Source: Eukaryota sp. GEM-RC1 (lineage: Eukaryota). Taken from it: a DNA stretch of 64,000 nt. Below the pieces are notes generated by a model. It was not told where the DNA came from. It did not search any database and saw nothing but the letters and a program-made list of their open reading frames with translations. Below are positions 1 through 13,756 of the stretch, piece after piece (positions within the stretch are counted from its first letter, which is position 1; the number at the start of each line of letters is the position of its first letter). The DNA lies in assembly GCA_040285855.1 (NCBI GenBank), contig JAUFOQ010000005.1, positions 1,798,001-1,862,000 on the forward strand, given 5' to 3'. A program made the position numbers and the translations under genes.

Positions 1-1091
1 GCTGAATTTGGGTTCGAGGGGCTCAATGATGATACCATGTCTTGGATCCCAGGAACTGTCTGAGGGGAAACGGTACGTGTCTCCAGCATCCCTGTTGTAT
101 AACCCACCTAAGAATTGTTCGATTAGGGAAGGATTGATACCAGGTGGAACGTTCCTCAGCAAGTAATGACTACTTGGTGGCATGCGGTTCCTGATGACTG
201 GATGCCATGGACGGAATTTCGCAAGGAGCCACATGTCAGCATCAGAGATTGAAACGTTCTGATCATGTGGAGTTACCCATGGGATTAGTCTGTCGGGTAT
301 AGCGTCTCGATGGAAACCTATACCGTTAGACTCAACAAGTCTTTCTACTTCACGAGCGCGATCTTCAGGAGACATACGCATACGTAAAGCTTGTTGTTCC
401 TGTTCAACACGAAGCTTCTTCTCTGCTTCGGCTCTCATGGTCTTTTCTCTAGTTAAGGATTCTTGTAAAACTTGAATTGCCCTAACTACAGCAGGATCCC
501 TCTCTGGAGGAACTACTGTGTCCATACTATCATCTACTAATACATTCTCTTTATTATTTGAACTATTTGAAGAATTACTATTTGAAGGGAGGAAAGGAAG
601 GAGGAGGTCCATCTCGTACTACAATGGGTCCTTCTTGTTGAAGCGACGCATTGGAGGAGACTCCTTCCGCAGGAGTGAACTTGCTCAACAACCTTTCAAC
701 GTCGAGAGCAGGAAGAACATTCCTTTGATTGCCGCCAGCCTTATAGACTGGGGGTCTTACACCATCCTTGATGCCGCCAGGACTTGGGGGACTTACACCA
801 TTAGTTTCACCGCCACTGGGTGGGGGATCCACTATTCCGCCACTGGGTGGGGGACTTCGAATGCCCGAAGGACTTACATCGGATGAGCTGTCAGAGCATG
901 ACTCTGAGCTGGAGTTAGATTCAGACTCTTCACTAGAAGAGCTGGGAACGGGAACGGGTCTTCTTTTAACCATAACAAACAGACAATAATTATTGATACC
1001 AGAAGGTATGGGTAAAGAATGGGGGAAGGTAAAAGGTGTTTATAAAGTGAAATAACTGACTACGTAACCATACTAATACCTTTGGCTAACA
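1..1091 (-). mobile_element. 5' part of a short-LTR retrotransposon (Ty3/Gypsy-type): 5' LTR plus gag-like ORF1, running off the window
   Basis: On the minus strand it begins TGTTAGCC at 1091. ORF MVKRRPVP (973) is Ser/Pro-rich and continues after one frameshift (~580) open to base 1. It interrupts the duplicated unit; the empty-site allele gagttgattgtttcg is at 6608-6622. Confidence 0.7.
994..1091 (-). repeat. 98-bp 5' LTR (TG...ATCA)
   Basis: Similar to the TG...CA LTR at 61628-61717 (ggtattagtrtggttacgtag...tatttcactttataaacaccttttt core). Its 3' end overlaps the palindrome CAATAATTATTG (984-995). Confidence 0.7.
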
Positions 1092-1292
1092 TTGTTTCGT
1101 TTTTTAACTTCAATATTTTGTACTTTACTTCCAAACAAGACCCGATTGTGTTGTTTTATGTATTTAATTATAAAAGTATTATTTTATGACAGTTGTTACT
1201 ATTTGTTTTTTTGTCTAATGTTTCTAATTGTGTCGATAATGAAAAAACAAAAACGGTGACTAAAGTTTTGAAGGACAATTTTACTACTACTG

Positions 1293-1365
1293 CACTCTTC
1301 ACAACCAATTAGTCTGAATTCATAATGAGTCTGTATCATTTATAAGTCTGAATCAGACTAATTAT
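1293..1365 (+). repeat. Terminus of a TIR DNA element (CACTCTTCACAA... with AGTCTGAATCAGACT palindromes); also at 6815, 11668 and 19890
   Basis: Matches the reverse complement of the right end of the MITE at 56519-57019. Confidence 0.6.
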
Positions 1366-2791
1366 TGTTTGACCTCGTGAGGAGTGTTCATTACGGTTCA
1401 GTTAAATGGTGTTGTAGCCCTTTTTCAACTTTTGTTCCTAGACACTTTGACTTACTTGACGTATTCAGTCCGTTTCATCCATTATTAGCACTTGCGCGAA
1501 AGACAATTCGGCCACATATCAGTTTTTAAGAGGTACTGCGGTGGCGGATCAGTCCTGTTTGTGGATGTCTTTGGTATTCATCCACTATTTAAGGTGTTCG
1601 TCACCAGATCTTTGTTAGACAGATAAAGCAGAATCTGAAAATCCGTAACTATAACAAACTGGTTAAGTCTGACACTTTTTTTATAATGTGGAGGTATTTT
1701 AAGTTGATGAGCGAACAATTACAAATTGTATAATACACTGTCCAAAAAGATGAAACTCTTCATACACCCCATTTTGCTTACTTTTGTTTAGTGTATATCC
1801 ATGATTCTTGAAATAAACCGATTTTGAAGTATTTCTCTCTCTTTCATCGAGGTTTTACCCTCCTGATCTACTCATTGTCTTCACTTCAACCAGAGTTTGC
1901 TGTTTTTGAAAGGTATCATGTGTAACAATAACCGATCTTTACACACAACGAAGTTTTTTTTGAGGTGACCTGGATTATATCATTGATTTGCACAGCTTAC
2001 ACACATCAATGTAATGGAGGTGCAACGATACAGTAGAAGTGATGTCCGTCTATTCAGAGTAATTGTTAACGAAAGAGTTTTCACCATGTTAGATCTATTT
2101 TCATCTATAGTAGTTATTGACATGCAACTCAGATCATTAATTTCAGCCTTTTAGCCCGCGCCTATTTTGAAGACGAAATATATGAGTCAAACAACTCGTC
2201 AGCATCTAATATGTTACTTAAGTAAAATGTATAATACAAAATTTTAGAAACATATGCTAGGATGGTTTCTTTATCATGAGCACGTCCAAATTGAGTGTAT
2301 ATTGGTATGTTAGTGTAGAGAACATTTGCAACATCATATCAATTGTTAAAGATAGACTTTCCTTCAGTTAATGATAAACTAATGGTTGTTGATGTGATTA
2401 ATGTTGATGTTTGCAAAAAGTGCATTTACGCATACTGACAATGAAGTTTCTCCACTTCATTTTTCACAACAATTCAAGAGAAACAAATATGATATTCCCC
2501 GGACTGTTCTCAAACACAAAGAGAAAGTTTTTGTTATTGGAAGAAGAAAAAAAGGCAACCAGGACAAAGGACACAGTTGAATGATTTTAAACGTTTTACT
2601 ACGAGTTCAATATTATATGATGTTGTTTCAATGACAATTCTCCAAGAATGTTTCATGTAGGATGAAAAGAATTCGCTCACAGTAACGCTATTCTTCTGAA
2701 TAGAGAATTCTTGGTTATAAAACCAAGTGGGGATACAGATTAAAGTAAGATTGAGGATTTCAAGGGAAAATCGAACCAATTTTAAATATCT

Positions 2792-3199
2792 TTGTCTAAC
2801 TCAATTATAAGAAACAAGAGCAGAAGTCATTTGATCGGTTCTTGGTTGTTCTCTCAGGAAATAATTGTGGACTTTACTAAGGTTGATCCGTGTAACTCAA
2901 CTTCTGTTAACAGAATTTTAGACGAAAACTATTCATCTCTTGAAACTGTTCAAAAGAAAAAGACAGATCGTTATGTTGAATTAATTTCCAAGATTAATTC
3001 TCGCCGACACAATCCTTTTGTTTTGCATTCTTTTGCTATTTCTCTTTATGGGACGTTTTGCTTCTCGGTCAACAATTTCTCACAGATTTTGGCAGATTGT
3101 GTAAGCAATATGGAAAGAATTTTAATGAAAGTTACTGGAGAGGAAGGTTGTCGTTTTCCCTTTTCAAAGCATTGTCTGGGTATTTTGATTCGATTTTGA
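2792..3199 (+). pseudogene. Degenerate C-terminal restriction-like endonuclease (RLE) fragment of a CRE/SLACS-type non-LTR retrotransposon
   Basis: SRSHLIGSWLFSQEIIVDFTKVDPCNS aligns with SRGDLIGPWLSCQEIIMDFTTVDPCNS of ORF 34853. Confidence 0.75.
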
Positions 3200-3394
3200 A
3201 CCATCTTTTGCATTGAGACATGAATTTGAGATGATGTAGAGGGATTGGTATCGCATTTATTGATATTGATGATACATTGTAGTTTGTATTTGTATGAGTA
3301 CTAGTAAATAACATGCGTTTTCAGATTGTACTAATAATAGAAAGTCCTCATTTCTTAGACCTTTAATAGTCAACCCACGCTCTGATCCTTTAAA

Positions 3395-5864
3395 ATGAGT
3401 CGTTCGCTCCCTTCCACTGTCTCCTGTGTGGTGTCTAACTGTGATGAACTGTCGATATTAGCTTCATCCACACATCCTCCCTCTAAACGCATCCATGCTC
3501 AGCAGACTTTATTGGTTCTCATCCATCTCCACTTGCTGAGACGTCTTCTCAAGCGTACTTTCGAAGGTAATCATGATGGAACTAATCCTCAGCTCAGAGG
3601 TTTAAAAACAGCATTACCTACATTCTTTGGACAAGTTGGTTATGTAAGTCACCACTTCCTCGATTCTTCATTCCAAGCAGTTAAAGTGTATTTTCAATTA
3701 AACACCTTTCATGCTGATCTTGAACAGCTTTCCAAACTAATTTCACTTGCTTCTTTTTTTTGGAGTGGATCAACAATCTGTTTTCTTACACTCTGGCGAA
3801 ACTTTTGAACCTGAGAAGTTTCTTAGTTATTCTGGTATAATTACAGGATTGAGAATCGTACTAGTAGAACCCTCTGATTTAGAGTTTCTAAATAATTCTT
3901 CTTCTTTATTTCCACGTCTTAAGCAGCTAGAAGTAGAAGTAACGAGACGAAACACCTCTGTTTCTATGTTATTGATTGAAGCGTTGAAAACCAATACCAC
4001 AGTTACAGGTATTGATCTGAGATACAACTATATTGGAGCTGAAGGTGCCCAAGCTTTGGCAGAGGCGTTGAAAGTTAATGCTTCAGTTACAAGTATTGAT
4101 CTGACAAACAACTATATTGGAGCTGAAGGTGCCCGAGCTTTGGCAGATGCGTTGAAAGTTAATGCTTCAGTTACAAGTATTGATCTTCGTACAAACCGTA
4201 TCGGAGATGAAGCTGCCAGAGCTTTGGCAGAGACGTTGAAAGTTAATGCTTCAATTACAAGTATTGATCTGTGTTACAACTCTATTGGAGCTGAAGGTGC
4301 CCGAGCTTTGGCAGATGCGTTGAAAGTTAATGCTTCAGTTACAAGTATTGATCTTCGTACAAACCGTATCGGAGATGAAGCTGCCAGAGCTTTGGCAGAG
4401 ACGTTGAAAGTTAATGCTTCAATTACAAGTATTGATCTGTGTTACAACTCTATTGGAGATGAAGGTGCCCGAGCTTTGGCAGAGGCGTTGAAAGTAAATG
4501 CTTCAATTACAAGTATTGATCTAAGTTGCAGCTCTATTGGAGCTGAAGGTGCTAGAGCTTTGGCAGAGGCGTTAAATGTTAATACTTCAGTTACAAGTGT
4601 TAATCTAACTAGCAAGTATATTGGAGCTGAAGGTGCTAGAGCTTTGGCTTATGCGTTGACAGTTAATGCTTCAATTACAAGTATTGATCTAAGTGGCAAC
4701 TCTATTGGAGCTGAAGGTGCTAGAGCTTTGGCAGAGGCGTTAAATGTTAATACTTCAGTTACAAGTGTTAATCTAACTAGCAACTATATTCGAGCTGAAG
4801 GTGCTAGAGCTTTGGCAGAGGCGTTAAATGTTAATACTTCAGTTACAAGTATTTATCTGAGCTCCAACACTATTGGTGATGAAGGTGCCAGAGCTTTGGC
4901 AGAGGCGTTGAAAGTCAATGCTTCAGTTACAAGTGTTAAACTGATTTACAACTCTATTGGAGATGAAGGTGCCAGAGCTTTGGCAGAGGCGTTGAAAGTC
5001 AATGCTTCAGTTACAAGTGTTAAACTGATTTACAACTCTATTGGAGATGAAGGTGCCAGAGCTTTGGCAGAGGCGTTAAATGTTAATACTTCAGTTACAA
5101 GTGTTAATCTAACTAGCAACTATATTGGAGCTGAAGGTGTTAGAGCTTTGGCAGAGGCGTTAAAGGTTAATGCTTCAGTTACAAGTATTTATCTCAGCTC
5201 CAACACTATTGGTGATGAAGGTGCCAGAGCTTTGGCAGATGCGTTGAAAGTCAATGCTTCAGTTACAAGTGTTAAACTGATTTACAACTCTATTGGAGAT
5301 GAAGGTGCCAGAGCTTTGGCAGAGGCGTTGAAAGTCAATGCTTCAGTTACAAGTGTTAAACTGATTTACAACTCTATTGGAGATGAAGGTGCCAGAGCTT
5401 TGGCAGAGGCGTTAAATGTTAATACTTCAGTTACAAGTGTTAATCTAACTAGCAACTATATTGGAGCTGAAGGTGTTAGAGCTTTGGCAGAGGCGTTAAA
5501 GGTTAATGCTTCAGTTACAAGTATTTATCTCAGCTCCAACACTATTGGTGATGAAGGTGCCAGAGCTTTGGCAGATGCGTTGAAAGTGAATGCTTCAGTT
5601 ACAAGAATTGATCTAGGTGGAACCTCTATTGAAGATGAAGGTGCCAGAGCTTTGGCAGAGGCGTTGAAAGTGAATGCTTCAATTACAGGTGTTGATCTAA
5701 ACGAAAACTTAATTAGAGCTGAAGGTGCTAGAGCTTTGGCAGAGGCGTTGAAAGTTAATACTTCAGTTAAAAGTATTGATCTAAGATACAACGATATTGG
5801 AGATGAAGGTGCCAGAGCTTTGGCAGAGGCGTTGAAAGTTAATACCATAGTTCACATACATTAA
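3395..5864 (+). CDS. RI-like/NLRC3-like LRR protein, copy 1 (22 repeats); N-terminal ORF joined through a +1 frameshift in a T8 run at ~3754-3761
   Basis: 28-aa repeats LxxNxIGxEGARALAEALKVNxSVTSI. The N-terminal domain is contiguous in paralogs 4, 7 and 8. Confidence 0.9.
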
Positions 5865-8313
5865 ATACCTGTACGTATATAGTATATTTTTGTTATCGTC
5901 TATACACAATTTTTATCAGGTTATCAAAGTACATGTACTTAAAAAAGAGGATTCAGTCCTGTTATTTAAAATGAGAATCTGAATCAATTTCCACAAAGAC
6001 CAAAACATAATGTTGTTTACAATCACAACTGTAGAACAGAATCAGTACGATATCGTATCTATATTTTGTCTCATTCTCTAGAAGTTCGCGTCTTTTCAAT
6101 TCCCTAAGTCATTTAGTTATATAACTTCTTGGTTTATATTTTCTAGTCAAACTATACAACAACGAAAACCGAAACCCGTGTAAGTCAATGTTCTGTAGTA
6201 ACAAAGGAGATATCATCAGCTCTACATCAACCTCACAAATGATCAATTGTTATAGTAATTGTTGTACATATAACAGTTGTTTGTTATTTACTTGAAGATA
6301 CACCTACAGAGATCGTAAAATTGTATTTATTCCAGTTTTCACTTCGTTCCAGCCAGTGAAGGGTGTACTCTTTGTGCACTCCCCCAATCAAAACCACACG
6401 TCAGACCTCTTGAAAGAGAAGAATGGCTTCGTGTGTTCCAAAGAATAAGAATAAGAAATGTAATGTTGATGTATGCAGGGGTGTCAATACAGGATTGGTT
6501 TTCCAATACTGCAATCAGTATCGCTCCAATAATTACTGCCGTTATTTGAGGTGGTTTAGCATTTAATGTAACTATCTGGAGATATTGCAGCATTACCAAT
6601 ATACTTTGAGTTGATTGTTTCGTTTTTTAACTTCAATATTTTGTAATTTACTTCAAACAAGATCTGATTGTGTTGTTTTATGTATTTAATTATAAAAGTA
6701 TTATTTTATGACAGTTGTTACTATTTGTTTTTTTGTCTAATGTTTCTAATTGTGTCGATAATGAAAAAACAAAAACGGTGACTAAAGTTTTGAAGGACAA
6801 TTTTACTACTACTGCACTCTTCACAACCAATTAGTCTGAATTCATAATGAGTCTGAATCATTTATAAGTCTGAATCAGATTAATTATTGTTTGACCTCGT
6901 GAGGAGTGTTCATTACGGTTCAGTTAAATGGTGTTGTAGCCCTTTTGCTACTTTTGTTCCTAGACACTTTGACTTACTTGACGTATTCAGCCCGTGTCAT
7001 CCATTATTAGCACTTGCTCGGAAGACAATTCGGCCACATATCAATTTTGAAGAGGTACTGCGGTAGCGGATCAGTCCTGTTTGTGCATGTCTTTGGTATT
7101 CACACACTATTTAAGGTGTTCGTCACCAGATCTTTGTTAGACAAATAAAGCAGAATCTGAAAATTCGTAACTACAAGAAACTGGTTAATTCTGACATTTT
7201 TTTTTATAATGTGGAGGTATTTTAAGTTGATGAGCGAACAATTACAAATTGTATAATACACTGTCAAAAAGATGAAACTCTTCATACACCCCATTTTGCT
7301 TACTTTTGTTTAGTGTATATCCATGATTCTTGAAATAAACCGATTTTGAAGTATTTTTTTCTCTTTCATCGAGGTTTTACCCTCCTGATCTACTCATTGT
7401 CTCTACTTAAACCAGAGTTTGCTGTTTTTGAGAGGTATCATGTGTAACAATAACCGATCTTTACACACAAAGAAGTTTTTTTTGAGGTGCCCTGGATTAT
7501 ATCATTGATTTGCACAGCTTACATACATCATTGCAATGGAGGTGCAACGATACAGTAGAGGTGATGTCTGTCTATTCAGAGTAATTGTTGACGAAAAAGT
7601 TTTCACTATGTTAGATCTTTTTTCATCTATAGTAGTTGTAGACATGCAAATCAGATCATTAATTTCAGCCTTTTAGCCCGCGCCTATTTTGAAGACGAAA
7701 TATAAGAGTCAAACAACTCATCAGCATCTAATATGTTACTTAAGTAAAATGTGAAGTACACCATTTCAGAACCATATTCTAGGATGGTTTCTATATCATG
7801 AGCAAATATAAATTGGGTGTATATTGTGATTTTATTGTAGAGAACATTTGCAACATCATATCAATTGTTTAAGCTAGATTTTGTATCAATCAATGATGAC
7901 CTGACGGTTATTGATCTGATTACTGTTGATGGTTGCAAAAAAGTGCATTTAAGCATACTGACAATGAAGTTTCTCCACTTCATTTTTCACAACAATTCAA
8001 GAGAAACAAATATGATATTCCCCCGACTGTTCTCAAACATAAAGAGAAAGTTTTTGTTATTGGAAGGGGAAAAAAGGCAACCAGGACAAAGGAAACAGTT
8101 GAATGATTTTAAACGTTTTACTACGAGGTCAATATTTCATGATGTTGTTTCAATGACAATTTTCCAAGAATCTTTCATGTAGGATGAAAAGAATTCGTTC
8201 TCAGTAACGCTCTTCTTCTGCTTAGAGATTTTTTGGTTATAAAACCAAGTGGGGATACAGATTAAAGTAAGATTGAGGATTTCATGGGAAAATCGAACCA
8301 ATTTTAAATATTT

Positions 8314-8722
8314 TTGTCTAACTCAATTATGAGAAACAAGAGCAGAGGTCATTTGATTGGTTCTTGGTTGTTCTCTCAGGAAATAATTGTGGACTTTACT
8401 AAGGTTGATCCTTGTAACCCAACTTCTGTTAACAGAATTTTAGACGAAAACTATTCATCTCTTGAAACTGTTCAAAAGAAAAAATTAGATTGTAATTGGT
8501 GAATTAATTTCCAAGATTAATTCTCGCCGACACAGTCCTTTTGTTTTCCATTCTTTTGCTATTTCTCTTTATGGGACGTTTGGCTTCTCGGTCAACAATT
8601 TCTCACAGATTTTGGCAGATTGTGTAAGCAGTATGGAAAGAATTTTAATGAAAGTTACTGGAGAGGAAGGTTGTCGTTTTCCCTTTTCAAAGCATTGCCT
8701 GGGTATTTTGATTCGATTTTGA
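8314..8722 (+). pseudogene. RLE fragment of non-LTR retrotransposon (duplicate, frameshifted)
   Basis: Copy of 2792-3199. Confidence 0.7.
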
Positions 8723-8918
8723 ACCATCTTTTTGCATTGAGACATGAATTTGAGATGATGTAGAGGGATTGGTATCGCATTTATTGATATTGATGATACA
8801 TTGTAGTTTGTATTTGTATGAGTACTAGTAAATAACATGCGTTTTCAGATTGTACTAATAATAGAAAGTCCTCATTTCTTTGACCATCAATAGTCAACCC
8901 ACGCTCTGATCCTTTGAT

Positions 8919-10716
8919 ATGAGTCGTTCGCTCCCTTCCACTGTCTCCTGTGTGGTGTCTAACTGTGATGAACTGTCGATATTAGCTTCATCCACTCCTC
9001 CTCCCTCTAAACGCATCCATGCTCAGCAGACTTTATTGGTTCTCATCCATCTCCACTTGCTGAGACGTCTTCTCAAGCGTAATTTTGAAGATAATCATGA
9101 TGGAACTAATCCTCAACTCGGAGGTTTAAAAACAGCATTACCTACATTCTTTGGACAAGTTGGTTATGTAAGTCACCACTTCCTCGATTCTTCATTCCAA
9201 GCAGTTAAAGTCTATTTTCAATTACACACCTTTCATGCTGATCTTGAACACCTTCCCAAACTAATTTCACTTGCTTCTTTTTTTTGGAGTGGATCAACAA
9301 TCTGTTTTCTTACACTCTGGCGAAACTTTTGAACTTGAGAAGTTTCTTAGTTATTCTGGTATAATTACAGGATTGAGAATCGTACTAGTAGAACCCTCTG
9401 ATTTAGAATTTCTAAATAATTCTTCTTCTTTATTTCCACGTCTTAAGCAGCTAGAAGTAGAAGTAACGAGACGAAACACCTCTGTTTCTATGTTATTGAT
9501 TGAAGCGTTGAAAACCAATACCACAGTTACAGGTATTGATCTGAGATACAACTATATTGGAGCTGAAGGTGCCCAAGCTTTGGCAGAGACGTTGAAAGTT
9601 AATGCTTCAGTTACAAGTATTGATCTGACAAACAACTTAATTGGAGCTGAAGGTGCCCAAGCTTTGGCAGAGGCGTTGAAAGTTAATGCCTCAGTTACAC
9701 GTATTGATCTTTGTACAAACCGTATAGGAGATGAAGGTGCCAGAGCTTTGGCAGATGCGTTGAAAGTTAATGCTTCAGTTGTAAGTGTTGAGCTTCGTAT
9801 AAACCGTGTCGGAGATGAAGGTGCCCGAGCTTTGGCAGAGGCGTTGACAGTTAATACAACAATTACAAGTATTGATCTCAGTTGCAGCTCTATTGAAGCT
9901 GAAGGTGCTAGAGCTTTGGCAGATGCATTAAAGGTTAATGCTTCAGTTACAAATGTTAATCTAACTAGCAACTGTATTGGAGCTGAAGGTGCCAGAGCTT
10001 TGGCAGAGGCGTTGAAAGTTAATGCTTCAATTACAAGTATTGATCTAAGTTGCAGCTCTATTAGAGCTGAAGGTGCCAGAGCTTTGGCAGAAGCGTTAAA
10101 GGTTAATTCTTCAGTTACAAGTGTTATTCTAACTAGCAACAATATTGGTGATGAAGGTGCAAGAGCTTTGGCTTATGCGTTGACAGTTAATGCTTCAATT
10201 ACAAGTATTGATTTAAGTTACAACTATATTGGAGCTGAAGGTGTTAGAGCTTTGGCAGAGGCGTTAAAGGTTAATGCTTCAGTTACAAGTATTTATCTCA
10301 GCTCCAACACTATTGGTGATGAAGGTGCCAGAGCTTTGGCAGAGGCGTTGAAAGTGAATGCTTCAGTTACCAGTGTTGATCTAGGTGGAACCTCTATTGA
10401 AGATGAAGGTGTCAGAGCTTTGGCAGATGCCCTGAAAGTTAATGCTTCAATTACAGGTGTTGATCTAAACGAAAACTTAATTAGAGATGAAGGTGCTAGA
10501 GCTTTGGCAGATGCATTCAAAGTTAATGCTTCTGTTACAAGTATTGATCTGAGGAACAGCCACATTGGAGATGAAGGTGCTAGAGCTTTGGCAGATGCAT
10601 TAAAAGTTAATGCTTCTGTTACAAGTATTGATCTAAGATACAACGATATTGGAGATGAAGGTGCCAGAGCTTTAGAAGAGACATTGAAAGTTAATACCAT
10701 AGTTCACATAGATTAA
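8919..10716 (+). CDS. LRR protein copy 2 (14 repeats), +1 frameshift in T8 at ~9278-9285
   Basis: Same architecture as copy 1; the LRR ORF is exactly 8x84 nt shorter. Confidence 0.9.
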
Positions 10717-13197
10717 ATACATGTACGTGTATAGTATATTTTTGTCATCCTCTATACACAATATTTTTTTCAGGTTATTAAAATCAAGGTACTTAAAAAA
10801 CAGGACTCAGTTCTGTTATTTGAATTGAGAAACTGAATCAATTTCCACAAAGACCAAAACATAATGTTGTTTACAATCACAACTGTAGAATAGAATCAGT
10901 ACGGTATCATATCTATATTTTGTCTCATTCTCTAGAAGTTCGCGTCTTTTCAATTCCCTAAGTCATTTAGTTATATAACTTCTTGGTTTATATTTTCTAG
11001 CCGAACTATACAACAACGAAAACCGAAACCCGTGTAAGTCAATGTTCTGTAGTAACAAAGGAGATATCATCAGCTCTACATCAACCTCACAAATGATCAA
11101 TTGTCATATTAATTGTTGTACATATAATAGTTGTTGGTTATTTATTTGAAGATACACACCTACAGAGATCGTAAAATTGTATTTATTCCAGTTTTCACTT
11201 CGTTCCAGCCAGTGAAGGGTGTACTCTTTGTGCACTCCCCTAATCAAAACCACACTTCAGACCTCTTGAAAGAGAAGAATGGCTTCATGTGTTCCAAAGA
11301 AGAAGAAGAAATGTAATGTTCATGTATGCAGGTGTGTCAATACAGGATTAGTTTTCCAATACTGCAATCAGTATCGCTCCAATAATTGCTGCCGTTATTT
11401 GAGGTGGTTTAGCATTTAATGTAACTATCTGGAGATATTGGAGCATTGCCAATATACTTTGAGTTGATTGTTTCGTTTTTTAACTTCAATATTTTGTAAT
11501 TTACTTCAAACAAGATCCGATTGTGTTGTTTTATGTATTTAATTATAAAAGTATTATTTTATGACAGTTGTTACTATTTGTTTTTTTGTCTAATGTTTCT
11601 AATTGTGTCGATAATGAAAAAACAAAAACGGTGACTAAAGTTTTGAAGGACAATTTTACTACTACTGCACTCTTCACAAACAATTAGTCTGAATTCATAA
11701 TGAGTTTGTTTCACTTATAAGTCTGAATCAGACTAATTATTGTTTGACCTCGTGAGGAGTGTTCATTACGGTTCAGTTAAATGGTGTTGTAGCCCTTTGC
11801 AACTTTTGTTCCTAGACACTTTGACTTACTTGACGTATTCAGCCCGTGTCATCCATTATTAGCACTTGCTCGAAAGACAATTCGGCCACATATCAATTTT
11901 GAAGAGGTACTGCGGTAGCGGATCAGTCCTGTTTGTGCATGTCTTTGGTATTCACACACTATTTAAGGTGTTCGTCACCAGATCTTTGTTAGACAAATAA
12001 AGCAGAATCTGAAAATTCGTAACTACAAGAAACTGGTTAATTCTGACACTTTTTTTATAATGTGGAGGTATTTTAAGTTGATGAGCGAACAATTACAAAT
12101 TGTATAATACACTGTCCAAAATAGTGAAACTCTTCATACACCTCATTTTGCTTACTTTTGTTTAGTGTATATCCATGATTCTTGAAATGAACCAATTTTG
12201 AAGTATTTTTCTCTCTTTCATCGAGGTTTTACCCATCTGATCTACTCATTGTCTCTACTTAAACCAGAGTTTGCTGTTTTTGAGAGGTATCATGTATAAC
12301 AATAACCGATCTTTACACACAAAGAAGTTTTTTTTGAGGTGCCCTGGATTATATCATTGATTTGCACAGCTTACATACATCAATGCAATGGAGTTGCAAC
12401 GATACAGTAGAAGTGATGTCCGTCTATTCAGAGTAATTGTTGACGAAAAAGTTTTCACTATGTTAGATCTTTTTTCATCTATAGTAGTTGTAGACATGCA
12501 AATCAGATCATTAATTTCAGCACTTTAGCCCGCGCCTATTTTGAAGACGAAATATAAGAGTCAAACAACTCATCAGCATCTAATATGTTACTTAAGTAAA
12601 ATGTGTAATACAAAATTTTAGAAACATATGCTAGGATGGTTTCTATATCATGAGCACGTCCAAATTGAGTGTATATTGGTATGTTAGTGTAGAGAACATT
12701 TGCAACATCATATCAATTGTTAAAGATAGACTTTCCTTCAGTTAATGATAAACTAATGGTTGTTGATGTGATTACTGTTGATGTTTGCAAAAAAGTGCAT
12801 TTACGCATACTGACAATGAAGTTTCTCCACTTCATTTTTCACAACAATTCAAGAGAAACAAATATGATATTCCCCCGACTGTTCTCAAACATAGTGGAAA
12901 AGTTATAATTAATGGAAGGGGAAAAAAGGCAACCAGGACAAAGGAAACAGTTGAATGATTTTAAACGTTTTACTACGAGGTCAATATTTCATGATGTTGT
13001 TTCAATGACAATTCTCCAAGAATGTTTCATGTAGGATGAAAAGAATTCGTTCTCAGTAACGCTCTTCTTCTGAATAGAGATTTCTTGGTTATAAAACCAA
13101 GTGGGGATACAGATTAAAGAAAGATTGAGGGTTTCATGGGAAAATTGAACCAATTTTGAATATCTTTGTCTGACTCAATTATGAGAAACAAGGTCAA

Positions 13198-13566
13198 TTG
13201 ATCGGTTCTTGGTTGTTCTCTCAGGAAATAATTGTGGACTTTACTAAGGTTGATCCGTGTAACTCAACTTCTCTTAACAGAATTTTAGACGAAAACTATT
13301 CATCTCTTGAAACTGTTCAAAAGAAAAAATTAGATCGTTATGTTGAATTAATTTCCAAGATTAGTTCTCGCCGACACAATCCTTTTGTTTTCCATTCTTT
13401 TGCTTTTTCTCTTTATGGGAAGTTTGGCTTCTCGGTCAACAATTTCTCACAGATTTTGCCAGATTGTGTAAGCAGTATGGAAAGAATTTTAATGAAAGTT
13501 ACTGGAGAGGAAGGTTGTCGTTTTCCCTTTTCAAAGCATTGCCTGGGTATTTTGATTCGATTTTGA
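13198..13566 (+). pseudogene. RLE fragment of non-LTR retrotransposon (duplicate)
   Basis: Copy of 2792-3199. Confidence 0.7.
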
Positions 13567-13756
13567 ACCATCTTTTTGCATTGAGACATGAATTTGAGAT
13601 GATGTAGAGGGATTGGTATCGCATTTATTGATATTGATGATACATTGTAGTTTGTATTTGTATGAGTACTAGTAAATAACATGCGTTTCCAGATTATACT
13701 AATAATAGAAAGTCCTCATTTCTTAGACCTTCAATAGCACGCTTTGATCCTTTAAA

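Noticed and set aside
994..1001. TGGTATCA on the minus strand resembling an iMet-tRNA PBS
   Set aside because: It aligns with the LTR terminus itself (GGCATCA at 61711-61717) and the match does not extend.
1700..2780. Decayed minus-strand coding remnant in the duplicated unit; considered a Crypton-like tyrosine recombinase or a SWIM-finger (C..C VNALF CKH) MULE transposase
   Set aside because: Motifs appear only by switching frames through many stops and the two readings conflict; a translated HMM search of the unit consensus is needed.
3990..5850. Constant/variable 84-bp periodicity resembling a CRISPR array
   Set aside because: The units are in-frame LRR codons, the variable parts are homologous to each other, and there are no cas genes.
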